Of a DNA stretch of 64,000 bases, positions 50,474 to 63,215 are shown one piece after another (position 1 is the first letter of the stretch; every line of letters starts with the position of its first letter). This DNA is from Malacoraja senta. Its lineage: Eukaryota. A model generated the notes under the pieces. That model saw nothing but the letters and a program-made list of their open reading frames with translations, made no database searches and had not been told where the DNA came from. The DNA is taken from positions 62,001 to 126,000 of the forward strand of contig JAXLNO010000041.1 in assembly GCA_038087875.1 (NCBI GenBank). The letters are read 5' to 3'. Both the position numbers and the translations under genes were made by a program.

Positions 50474-51331
50474 ATACTGGCCTTGACAATGTACTGGCTT
50501 CTTACAGCTGCAGCTCTCTTAACCGGTAAGTTCACGAGGTTTCCAATAATGTAGGGCATGATATTTAAGCAACCAAATACCTTGAATGCAACAGAACGAC
50601 TTTAGAAAAGGAGTCCGTCTGAGGACAGTAAACGATGAGCGCAGTAGGAAAAAAGATGCAGTTTCACAGTAATTGATGTTCGGAAATTTGATGTGAGTTT
50701 CCAGGTTAATTGTTGGAAAGCAGCGCCGACGGAGAAGCATCGAAGCGTTAGAACACACCGGTGGTCCCCGTACGAATGCTCTACGATTCCCCTTTTCCTC
50801 CCCGGAAGCAATAACAACGTCCAGTACGATGGAACGGGTTGGATTATCTTTAAAGATAAATTTATTCGGTAATTCCCAGCGCCTTTCCGCCCATCTTTAT
50901 TTAGCTTTTAGGGGAGGGGTATGTTTGATGTCATTGTACCTCATATCAGTATGAGGATGAGGGGTATTCTGAAGTATGAGCTGAGTTAGGTGATGTTGTG
51001 TTATTTATCCCCGGACTCTTGCAGGGAATTGTCGAGGCGACGCCGTTTCTCAGACAACGGCAGCGGTTACAGTGAGTGAAGGGGATGATACAAAATTGAG
51101 CTGCAACTATACAGCTACAAGCACGGTCACTCCTGGACTGATCTGGTACCGTCGGTATCCCGGCGGATCCCTTGAGTTTCTTCTGCTGAGAACGACATTC
51201 AAAGGCGGCCAGAAGAGCAATGCCGGGGAACGTTTTTCTGCGGAGCTCAAACATTTGAGAGGAACGGTTCCGCTGACCGTGTCACAAACGCGGCTCCGAG
51301 ACTCGGCGATGCATTACTGCGCTCCGAACCC
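50474..51331 (+). CDS. TRAV: Chimeric A' segment with first ATG changed to ATA (in-frame ATG at 50489 may rescue a shorter leader)
   Basis: AACATACTGG at 50471-50480; V exon 51025-51331 open (MHYC); RSS 51332-51370. Confidence 0.7.
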
Positions 51332-51943
51332 CACGGTAGCGCAGAATTGGGCTGAGCCTGTACAAAAATTATCTGAGAACTCCGTCAGGAATCAGCGCGT
51401 AAGCGCAGCTTTGTCAGCATCGGCGCGTCCTCGTTGATTGCTGCACCCGTCCCAACGCCAGTGTGGTAGCTGCCATTAATACTCGATTTTTAAACATTAA
51501 AAACCCATGACAATTGAGTTGAACAATAGCTTCTAACAAACAGACATTAGGTTCGTGAACACTCCACAGCACTAACAGATGAACTATGAACAGTCTGTGG
51601 TTGCATTAAGCAGTTCATAACTTATGCACATGGACTAGGTTGTTAATTGATTGAATTGTGTTTATTATTTGTCATACTGCATACTATGACGCCATGGGAC
51701 AGAAAACAAAGGAGGTTTGAGATGATTGGGCATCAAAAGCAATGATGCGATTGGCGGAATTAAGAAACAATGTTAATTCGGGGAGTTGGAGAACAAATTA
51801 GGTCTTCGCTGATGGGACGTGACGCTGTCAAGAATAAGCCAATGAATAGAGAGCCGAGACCACAGCTCTTTCACAATATCAGATTAAACCTGTTTCCGTG
51901 TGAGACCATTTTGGTTCATATTCACTCTCAATGCAATTACAAC

Positions 51944-52815
51944 ATGCTGCCCGTGACAATTTATTGTCTTCTTGCAGCTGCAGCTCTCTTAACGGGTAAG
52001 TTCAGGACGTTTCGAAGCCTGTACATTATATTACTGTAGGGCATGGCATTTAATCAATGAAATACCCGGCATGCAATAGAATGACTTTAGAATGGGAATC
52101 AGTGAGAGGACTAAACGAAGAGCACAATAAAAATATAGATGCAGTTCCACACAAAGTGATGTTAGGAAATTTGAGGTGAATTCCCAGAAATATTGTTGGA
52201 AACCAGCGCCTATGGTGAAGCATCGGAGAGTTAGAATACTCCCTTGTGCTAAGTACTAGCGCTCAGCGATTCCTCTTCCCATCTCGAGATCCAATGATGA
52301 CGAGCAGATGGCGATGGAAAGGGGCGGATGATTTTTTAAAGATAATTTCATTCGGTTATTCACAGCCCCTTTCCCCCCATATCTTTATTTAGCTTTTAGG
52401 GGAGGGAGATCTTTGTTGCCGTTCTACCTCAGATCAGTATAATCAATATGAATATGAGCAGAATGACGTGATGTTGTGTTTTCTAACCTCGTTCGCGGGC
52501 TCTTGCAGGATATTGTAGAGGCGACGCCGTTTCTCAGACACCAGTAGTGGTAACAGTGAGTGAAGGGGAAGATGCACAGTTGAACTGCAACTATACATCT
52601 GCAAGCACGAGCAATCTTCGACTAATCTGGTACCGTCAGTATCCCGGCGGATCCCTTGAGTTTCTGCTGCTCAGAACGAAAATCGAAGCCGTCCAGAAGA
52701 ACAATGCTGGAGAACGTTTTTCTGCGGAGCTCAACCATTCGACAGGAACGGTCCCGCTGACGATATCACAAACGCGGCTCCGAGACGCGGCAATGTATTA
52801 CTGCGCCCTGAGCCC
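51944..52815 (+). CDS. TRAV: V segment lineage E (ASTSNLR)
   Basis: V exon 52509-52815; RSS 52816-52854. Confidence 0.88.
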
Positions 52816-53439
52816 CACGGTGGCGCAGAATTGGGCTCAGCCTGCACAAAAACTACCAGCGCACTCAATCATGTATCACCGCGTAAACACAACTTTCTCA
52901 GCATCGGCGCGTCCTCGTTGATTGCTGCACCCGTCCCATCGCCAGTGTGTTTGCTGTCATTAATACTCGATTTTTAAATATTAAAAAACCCATGACAATT
53001 GGGTTGAAGAATAGCTTCTAACAAACAAATATTAGGTTCTTGAACACTACACAGCACTAACAGAAGAACTATGAAATGTCATCGGTTGCATTAAGCATTT
53101 CATGCATCTTATGCACATGGACTTGGTTGTTAATTTATTGAATTTTGTTTATTGTTTGTTATACTTCAGGCCTTGCCCCTCCTGTGATGCCATGGGACAG
53201 AAAAAAGGAGGGTTGAGATGATTGGCCAACAAAAGCAATGGTGTGATTGGCGGAATTAAGAAACTGAGTTAATTCGGGGAGTTGGAGAACAAATTAGCTC
53301 CGCGCCGACAGGATGTGACGCTGTCACGAATAAGCCAATGAATGAAGAGCCTAGACCACAGCTCTTTCACAATATCAGATTAAACCTGTTTCCGGGTGAG
53401 CGCATTTCAGTTCATATTCACTCTCAATGCAATTGCAAC

Positions 53440-54296
53440 ATGCTGGCCTTGACAATGTATTGGCTTCTTACAGCTGCAGCTCTCTTAACCGGTAAGTTCA
53501 CGAGGTTTCCAATAATGTAGGGCATGATATTTAAGCAACCAAATACCTTGAATGCAACAGAACGACTTTAGAAAAGGAGTCCGTCTGAGGACAGTAAACG
53601 ATGAGCGCAGTAGGAAAAAAGATGCAGTTTCACAGTAATTGATGTTCGGAAATTTGAGGTGAGTTTCCAGGTTAATTGTTGGAAAGCAGCCCCGACGGAG
53701 AAGCATCGAAGCGTTAGAACACACCGGTGGTCCCCGTACGAATGCTCTACGATTCCCCTTTTCCTCCCCGGAAGCAATAACGTCGTCCAGTACGATGAAA
53801 CGGATTGGTTTATCTTTAAAGATAAATTACTCGGTAATTCCCAGCGCCTTTCCGCCCATCGTTATTTAGCTTTTAGGGGAGGGGTATGTTTGATGTCATT
53901 GTACCTCATATCAGTATGAGGATGAGGGGTATTCTGAAGTATGAGCTGAGCTAGGTTATATTGTGTTATTAATCCCCGGACTCTTGCAGGGAATTGTCGA
54001 GGCGACGCCGTTTCTCAGACACCGGCAGCGGTTACAGTGAGTGAAGGGGATGATACAAAATTGAGCTGCAAGTATACAGCTACAAGCACGGTATCCCCTG
54101 GACTAATCTGGTACCGTCAGTATGCCGGCGGATGCCTTGAGTTTCTGCTGCTCAGAACGAAAATCGAAGCCGCCCAGAAGAACAGTGCCGGTGAACGTTT
54201 TTCTGCGGAGCTCAACCATTCGACAGGAACGGTCCCGCTGACCGTGTCACAAACGCGGCTCCGAGACTCGGCGATGTATTACTGCGCACTGAACCC
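53440..54296 (+). CDS. TRAV: V segment lineage A (FR2 Cys)
   Basis: V exon 53990-54296; RSS 54297-54335. Confidence 0.88.
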
Positions 54297-54921
54297 CACG
54301 GTGGCGCAGTGGTGGGCTGAGCCTGCACAAAAACTGCCAGTGCACCCACTCATGTATCACCGCGTCAGCGCAGCTTTGTCAGCATCGGCGCGTCCTCGTT
54401 GATTGCTGCACCGTTCCCAACGCCAGTGTGTTTACTGTCATTAATACTCGATTTTTAAATATTAAAAACCCATGACAATTGGGTTGAAGAATAGCTTCTA
54501 ACAAACAAATATTAGGTTCTTGAACTCTACACAGCACTGAAAAATGAACTATGAAATGTCTTCGCTTGCATTAAGCACTTCATTCATCTTATGCACATGG
54601 ACTAGGTTGTTAATTTATTGAATTTTGTTTATTGTATATTATACTTCAGGCCTTGCCCCTCCTGTGACGCCGTGGAACAGAAAACAAAGGAGGTTTGAAA
54701 TGATTGGGCAACAAAAGCAATGACGTGATTGGCGGAATTAAGAAACTGAGTGAATTAGGGGAGTTGGAGAACAAATTAGCTCCGCGCCGACGGGATGTGA
54801 CGCTGTCAAGAATAAGCCAACGAATGAAGAACCTAGACCACAGCCCTTTCACAATATCAGATTAAACCTGTTTCCGGGTGAGCGCATTTCAGTTCATATT
54901 CACTCTCAATGCAATTACAAC

Positions 54922-55753
54922 ATGCTGGCCGTGACAATTTATTGGCTTCTTACAGCTGCAGCTCTTTTAACGGGTAAGTACAAGACGTTTCCAAGCCTGA
55001 ATATTATATTACTGTGGGGCATGGTATTTAATCAATAAAATGCCTTGCATGCAATGGAATGACTTTAGAAAGTGAGTCAGTGAGGGTACAATAAACGAAG
55101 AGTACAATAAGAATATAGATGCAGTTCCGACCAAAGTGCTGTAAGGATTTTGAGATGAGTTTCCAGGTATATTAGACCACGCTCGTGTTCTAAGGTCGTG
55201 CGCTCAGCAATTCCTCTCCTCCTCCCGAGATGCAATGATCACGAGCAGGTGGCGATGGAAAGGGGTGGATGATTTTTAAATATAGTTTCATTCGGTAATT
55301 CACAGCGCGTTTTCTCCCACCTTCATTTAGGTTTGAGTGCAGGGAGATCTTTGTTGCCGTTCTACCTCAGATCAGTACCAGGATAAGGTGAGCGTGAGCA
55401 GAATGCGGTGATATTCTTGTTTTTAACTTCGTTCCCGGACTCTTGCAGAGCATTGTCGAGGCGACGCCGTTTCTCAGACACCAGTAGTGGTAACAATGAG
55501 CGAAGGGGATGATGCCCAGTTGAACTGCAACTATACAGCTACAAGCACGAACAATCTTGTATTAATGTGGTACCGGCAGTATCCCGGCGGATCCCTTCAA
55601 TTTCTGGTTCAGAACGAAATTCGAAGCCGCCCAGAAGAACAGTGCTGGAGAACGTTTGGCTGCGGAGCTCAACCATTTGACAGGAACAGTCCCGCTGACT
55701 GTGTCGCAAACGCGGCTCCGAGACGCGGCGATGTATTACTGCGCCCTGAGTCC
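54922..55753 (+). pseudogene. TRAV: V pseudogene lineage B
   Basis: Shared frameshift; aberrant RSS 55754-55780. Confidence 0.9.
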
Positions 55754-55827
55754 CACGGAGGCAGCGATTGTACATAAACTACCATTTCCGGATTTCAGTT
55801 CATATTCACTCTCCATGTAATTGAAAC

Positions 55828-56528
55828 ATGCTGTCATTGACTATTTATTCGCTTCTTATAGCTGCAGCTCTCTTAACCGGTATGTTCACGACGTTTCCAA
55901 GCCTGTATATTATGTTACTTTAGGGCATGATATCTCATCAATCAAATACATTGAATGCAATGGAATCACGTTAGAAAGCCATTCAATGGGAGGATAGTAA
56001 GTGAAGAGTACAAAGAGGAATATAGATGCAGTTCCTCAATAGGGATGTGAGGGGATTTGAGGCGTTTCCAGGTTAATAGCTGGAAACTGGCCCCGGCTGG
56101 GTAGAGTCCTGCAGTTGGAACACACCGGTGTTCTACGTAGGAGCGCTCTACGATTCCCCTTTTCCTTCCGGGACGCAATGATGACGAGCGGAGTGCGATG
56201 GAAAGGGTTGGATGATCTTTAAAGATAATTTCATTCGGTAATTGCCAGCGCCTACCCCCCACCTTTATGTAGCTTTTAGGGGAGGGGTATCATTAATGCC
56301 ATTGCACCTCGAATCAGTACCAGGATAGGGGGTATTTTCGAATATGAACACAGTAAGGTGATGTTCCGTTGTTTAACTTCGTCCCCGGATTCTTGCAGGG
56401 CATTGTCGAGGCGACGCCGTTTCTCAGACCCCAGCAATGATAACAGTGAGTGAAGGCGATGACGCACCGTTGAAGTGCAACTACACAGCTACAATCACGA
56501 GCAATCTTGGACTAATCTGGTACCGTCA
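55828..56528 (+). pseudogene. TRAV: V pseudogene lineage C (truncated)
   Basis: Copy of 2535-3235 at +53,293. Confidence 0.9.
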
Positions 56529-56529
56529 T

Positions 56530-56947
56530 GGCCCTGTCCCACGGTGCGAGTCCACCCACGTGTGATCCCGAGTTTAAAACAAATCAAACTCGTGGTAATC
56601 ACGTAGCGGGAACGTCGGAACTCGTAACTCTAACGGCAGGTACTCGGGAAACTTGTTAACTCGTGAAAATCTTTCAACATGCTGAAAGATTTCCACGAGT
56701 CAGAGTTACTCTTGAAGTAAAAAAATTAAACTTTTAAACTCGTTGTAAGAACGTAGTAGCCCGTGAGTTTACCGTAGTGACTCGTGAGTCTACCGTGGGC
56801 ACTCTTTAACTCAGCTGGACAGGCAGCATCTCTGCAGAGATGGAATGGGTGACGGGATGACGTTTCCAAAATTCTGCTGCGTCTTTGTGTTACTCCAGCA
56901 CTGTGTGTTCACTTTTTGTCAACCAGCATCTGCCCTTTCTTGTGTAT
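56530..56947. mobile_element. Copy of MITE-like plus repeat-remnant insertion
   Basis: Copy of 3237-3654. Confidence 0.6.
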
Positions 56948-57401
56948 GACATTATTTGTATCCGTGGCAGTTGATTGTCGCTCAAATACCAGGCTTTTAA
57001 ACACGGCAGAACACTAACCTATGAACTATGAACTGTCTTTCGGTGCACTTAGCAATTCAAGCTTTTTAATGCACATGGATTACGTTATTAATTTATTGTA
57101 TTTTGTTTATTATTTATCATACTTCAGGCCTTGTCTCTCCTGTGACTTCATGAAACAGAAAACAAAGGAGGTTTGAGATGATTGGCAACTGAGAAGCAGT
57201 GAGTTGATTGGCGGAATTCAGCGAGTGAGGTAAGTCGGGGGGGTTGGAGAACACATTCGCTCTGTGCCGAGGGGATGTGCCGTCGTCAAAAATAAACCAA
57301 TGAATTGAGAACCTAGACCACAGCTCTTTCACAATATCCGATTAAACATATTTCCCGATGAGAACATTTCAGTTCATATTCACTCTCAAAGCAATCACAA
57401 C

Positions 57402-58144
57402 ATGTTGGCCGTGATTATTTATTCTCTTCTTGCAGCTGCAGCTCTCTTAACCGGTAGGTGCACGGCGTTTCCGACCCTGGATATTATATTACTACGGGGC
57501 ATGATATTTAATCAATCAACTAGTTTGAATGCAATAGAATGACTTAAGAAAGGGAGTCACACCCATGTTCTACGGACGAGTGCTGAAAGATTCTCTTTTC
57601 TCCCTCCCAAGACAGAATGATGACGAGCAGAGGGCAATGGAAAGGGTTACATGATCTTTAAAGACAATTTAATTCAGTAATTCCCAGTGCTTTCCCGCCA
57701 CCTTGATGTGGGTTTTAGGGGAGAGTATTCTTTGCTGCCGTTGTGCCTCAGATCAGTATCAAGATATGCGGCATTTTCCAGTATCAACATATTGGGATAA
57801 TGCAATGTAATTTAATTTCTTTCCCTGGCCCTTGCAGGACATTGTCGAGGCGATGCCGTTTCTCAGACACCAGTAGTGGAAACAGTAAATGAAGGGGATG
57901 ATGCCCAGTTGAATTGCAACTATACAGCTACAAGCACGAGCGTCCCTGGACTAATCTGGTACCGTCAGTATCCCGGCGGATCCCTTGAGTTTCTGCTGCT
58001 CAGAACGACATTCAAAGGCGGCCAGAAGAACAATGCCGGGGAACGTTTTTCTGCGGAGCTCAACCATTTGACAGGAACGGTCCCGCTGACCGTGTCACAA
58101 ACGCGGCTCCGAGACTCGGCCATGTATTACTGCGCTCTGAACCC
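57402..58144 (+). CDS. TRAV: V segment lineage D, open, heptamer TACGGTG (SVPG CDR1)
   Basis: V exon 57838-58144; RSS 58145-58183 begins TAC. Confidence 0.85.
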
Positions 58145-58756
58145 TACGGTGGCGCAGAATTGGGCTGAGCCTGTACAAAAATTATCTGAGAACCCCGTCA
58201 GGAATCAGCGCGTAAGCGCAGCTTTGTCAGCATCGGCGCGTCCTCGTTGATTGCTGCACCCGTCCCAACGCCAGTGTGGTTGCTGCCATTAATACTCGAT
58301 TTTTAAACATTAAAAACCCATGACAATTGAGTTGAAGAATAGCTTCTAACAAACAGACATTAGGTTCGTGAACACTCCACAGCACTAACAGATGAACTAT
58401 GAACTGTCTGTGGTTGCATTAAGCAGTTCATAACTTATCCACATGGACTAGGTTGTTAATTTATTGAATTGTGTTTATTATTTGTCATACTGCATACTAT
58501 GACGCCATGGGACAGAAAACAAAGGAGGTTTGAGATGATTGGGCATCAAAAGCAATGATGCGATTGGCGGAATTAAGAAACAATGTTAATTCGGGGAGTT
58601 GGAGAACAAATTAGCTCTTCGCTGATGGGACGTGACGCTGTCAAGAATAAGCCAATGAATAGAGAGCCGAGACCACAGCTCTTTCACAATATCAGATTAA
58701 ACCTGTTTCCGTGTGAGACCATTTTGGTTCATATTCACTCTCAATGCAATTACAAC

Positions 58757-59627
58757 ATGCTGACCGTGACAATTTATTGTCTTCTTGCAGCTGCAGCTCT
58801 CTTAACGGGTAAGTTCAGGACGTTTCGAAGCCTGTACATTATATTACTGTAGGGCATGGTATTTAATCAATGAAATACTCTGCATGCAATAGAATGACTT
58901 TAGAATGGGAATCAGCGAGAGGACTAAACGAAGAGCACAATAAGAATATAGATGCTGTTCCCCACAAAGTGATGTTAGGAAATTTGAGGTGAATTCCCAG
59001 AAATATTGTTGGAAACCAGCGCCTATGGTGAAGCATCGGAGAGTTAGAAAACTCCCTTGTGCTAAGTACTAGCGCTCAGCGATTCCTCTTCCCCTCTCGA
59101 GATCCAATGATGACGAGCAGATGGCGATGGAAAGGGGCGGATGATTTTTTAAAGATAATTTCATTCGGTTATTCACAGCGCCTTTCCCCCCCATCTTTAT
59201 TTAGCTTTTAGGGGAGGGAGATCTTTGTTGCCGTTCTACCTCAGATCAGTATAATTAATATGAATATGAGCAGAATGAGGTGATGTTGTGTTTTCTAACC
59301 TCGTACCCGGGCTCTTGCAGGATATTGTAGAGGCGACGCCGTTTCTCAGACACCAGTAGTGGTAACAGTGAGTGAAGGGGAAGATGCACAGTTGAACTGC
59401 AACTATACAACTGCAAGCACGAGCATTCTTGGACTAATCTGGTACCGTCAGTATCCCGGCGGATCCCTTGAGTTTCTGCTGCTCAGAACGAAAATCGAAG
59501 CCGTCCAGAAGAACAATGCTGGAGAACGTTTTTCTGCGGAGCTCAACCATTCGACAGGAACGGTCCCGCTGACGGTATCACAAACGCGGCTCCGAGACGC
59601 GGCAATGTATTACTGCGCCCCGAACCC
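58757..59627 (+). CDS. TRAV: V segment lineage E (ASTSILG; YYCAPNP)
   Basis: V exon 59321-59627; RSS 59628-59666. Confidence 0.88.
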
Positions 59628-60251
59628 CACGGTGGCGCAGAATTGGGCTGAGCCTGCACAAAAACTACCAGTGCACCCACTCATGTATCACCGCGTAAAC
59701 ACAACTTTCTCAGCATCGGCGCGTCCTCGTTGATTGCTGCACCCGTCCCATCGCCAGTGTGTTTGCTGTCATTAATACTCGATTTTTAAATATTAAAAAA
59801 CCCATGACAATTAGGTTGAAGAATAGCTTCTAACAAACAAATATTAGGTTCTTGAACACTACAAAGCACTAACAGAAGAACTATGAAATGTCTTCGGTTG
59901 CATTAAGCATTTCATGCATCTTATGCACATGGACTTGGTTGTTAATTTATTGAATTTTGTTTATTGTTTATTATACTTCAGGCCTTGCCCCTCCTGTGAC
60001 GCCATGGAACAGAAAAAAGGAGGGTTGAGATGATTGGCCAACAAAAGCAATGGTGTGATTGGCGGAATTAAGAAACTGAGTTAATTCGGGGAGTTGGAGA
60101 ACAAATTAGCTCCGCGCCAACAGGATGTGACGCTGTCACGAATAAGCCAATCAATGAAGAGCCTAGACCACAGCTCTTTCACAATATCAGATTAAACCTG
60201 TTTCCGGGTGAGCGCATTTCAGTTCATATTCACTCTCAATGCAATTACAAC

Positions 60252-61109
60252 ATGCTGGCCTTGACAATGCATTGGCTTCTTACAGCTGCAGCTCTCTTAA
60301 CCGGTAAGTTCACGACGTTTCCAATAATGTAGGGCATGATATTTAAGCAACCAAATACCTTGAATGCAACAGAACGACTTTAGAAAAGGAGTCCGTCTGA
60401 GGACAGTAAACGATGAGCGCAGTAGGATAAAAGATGCAGTTTCACAGTAATTGATGTTCGGAAATTTGAGGTGAGTTTCCACGTTAATTGTTGGAAAGCA
60501 GCCCCGACGGAGAAGCATCGAAGCGTTAGAACACACCGGTGGTCCCCGTACGAGTGCTCTACGATTCCCCTTTTCCTCCCCGGAAGCAATAACAACGTCC
60601 AGTACGATGGAACGGGTTGGATTATCTTTAAAGATAAATTTATTCGGTAATTCCCAGCGCCTTTCCGCCCATCTTTATTTAGCTTTTAGGGGAGGGGTAT
60701 GTTTGATGTCATTGTACCTCATATCAGTATGAGGATGAGGGGTATTCTGAAGTATGAGCTGAGTTAGGTGATGTTGTGTTATTTATCCCCGGACTCTTGC
60801 AGGGAATTGTCGAGGCGACGCCGTTTCTCAGTCAACGGCAGCGGTTACAGTGAGTGAAGGGGATGATACAAAATTGAGCTGCAACTATACAGCTACAAGC
60901 ACGGTCACTCCTGGACTGATCTGGTACCGTCGGTATCCCGGCGGATCCCTTGAGTTTCTTCTGCTGAGAACGACATTCAAAGGCGGCCAGAAGAACAATG
61001 CTGGAGAACGTTTTTCTGCGGAGCTCAACCATTCGACAGGAACGGTCCCGCTGACGGTATCACAAACGCGGCTCCGAGACGCGGCAATGTATTACTGCGC
61101 CCTGAGCCC
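60252..61109 (+). CDS. TRAV: Chimeric V segment A' (A/D/E mosaic)
   Basis: Same V protein as 20584 gene; V exon 60803-61109; RSS 61110-61148. Confidence 0.87.
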
Positions 61110-61733
61110 CACGGTGGCGCAGAATTGGGCTGAGCCTGCACAAAAACTACCAGTGCACCCACTCATGTATCACCGCGTAAACACAACTTTCTCAGCATCG
61201 GCGCGTCCTCGTTGATTGCTGCACCCGTCCCATCGCCAGTGTGTTTGCTGTCATTAATACTCGATTTTTAAATATTAAAAAACCCATGACAATTGGGTTG
61301 AAGAATAGCTTCTAACAAACAAATATTAGGTTCTTGAACACTACACAGCACTAACAGAAGAACTATGAAATGTCTGCGGTTGCATTAAGCATTTCATGCA
61401 TCTTATGCACATGGACCTGGTTGTTAATTTATTGAATTTTGTTTATTGTATATTATACTTCAGGCCTTGCCTGTCCTGTGACGCCATGGAACAGAAAAAA
61501 GGAGGTTTGAGATGATTGGCCAACAAAAGCAATGGTGTGATTGGCGGAATTAAGAAACTGAGTTAATTCGGGGAGTTGGAGAACAAATTTGCTCCGCGCC
61601 GACAGGATGTGACGCTGTCACGAATAAGCCAATGAACGAAGAGCCTAGACCACAGCTCTTTCACAATATCAGATTAAACCTGTTTCCGGGTGAGCGCATT
61701 TCAGTTCATATTCACTCTCAATGCAATTACAAC

Positions 61734-62590
61734 ATGCTGGCCTTGACAATGTATTGGCTTCTTACAGCTGCAGCTCTCTTAACCGGTAAGTTCACGAGGT
61801 TTCCAATAATGTAGGGCATGATATTTAAGCAACCAAATACCTTGAATGCAACAGAACGACTTTAGAAAAGGAGTCCGTCTGAGGACAGTAAACGATGAGC
61901 GCAGTAGGAAAAAAGATACAGTTTCACAGTAATTGATGTTCGGAAATTTGAGGTGAGTTTCCAGGTTAATTGTTGGAAAGCAGCCCCGACGGAGAAGCAT
62001 CGAAGCGTTAGAACACACCGGTGGTCCCCGTACGAATGCTCTACGATTCCCCTTTTCCTCCCCGGAAGCAATAACGTCGTCCAGTACGATGAAACGGATT
62101 GGTTTATCTTTAAAGATAAATTACTCGGTAATTCCCAGCGCCTTTCCGCCCATCGTTATTTAGCTTTTAGGGGAGGGGTATGTTTGATGTCATTGTACCT
62201 CATATCAGTATGAGGATGAGGGGTATTCTGAAGTATGAGCTGAGCTAGGTTATATTGTGTTATTAATCCCCGGACTCTTGCAGGGAATTGTCGAGGCGAC
62301 GCCGTTTCTCAGACACCGGCAGCGGTTACAGTGAGTGAAGGGGATGATACAAAATTGAGCTGCAAATATACAGCTACAAGCACGGTATCCCCTGGACTAA
62401 TCTGGTACCGTCAGTATGCCGGCGGATGCCTTGAGTTTCTGCTGCTCAGAACGAAAATCGAAGCCGCCCAGAAGAACAGTGCCGGTGAACGTTTTTCTGC
62501 GGAGCTCAACCATTCGACAGGAACGGTCCCGCTGACCGTGTCACAAACGCGGCTCCGAGACTCGGCGATGTATTACTGCGCACTGAACCC
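61734..62590 (+). CDS. TRAV: V segment lineage A (FR2 Cys)
   Basis: V exon 62284-62590; RSS 62591-62629. Confidence 0.88.
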
Positions 62591-63215
62591 CACGGTGGCG
62601 CAGTGGTGGGCTGAGCCTGCACAAAAACTGCCAGTGCACCCACTCATGTATCACCGCGTCAGCGCAGCTTTGTCAGCATCGGCGCGTCCTCGTTGATTGC
62701 TGCACCGTTCCCAACGCCAGTGTGTTTACTGTCATTAATACTCGATTTTTAAATATTAAAAACCCATGACAATTGGGTTGAAGAATAGCTTCTAACAAAC
62801 AAATATTAGGTTCTTGAACTCTACACAGCACTGAAAAATGAACTATGAAATGTCTTCGCTTGCATTAAGCACTTCATTCATCTTATGCACATGGACTAGG
62901 TTGTTAATTTATTGAATTTTGTTTATTGTATATTATACTTCAGGCCTTGCCCCTCCTGTGACGCCGTGGAACAGAAAACAAAGGAGGTTTGAAATGATTG
63001 GGCAACAAAAGCAATGACGTGATTGGCGGAATTAAGAAACTGAGTGAATTAGGGGAGTTGGAGAACAAATTAGCTCCGCGCCGACGGGATGTGACGCTGT
63101 CAAGAATAAGCCAACGAATGAAGAACCTAGACCACAGCCCTTTCACAATATCAGATTAAACCTGTTTCCGGGTGAGCGCATTTCAGTTCATATTCACTCT
63201 CAATGCAATTACAAC

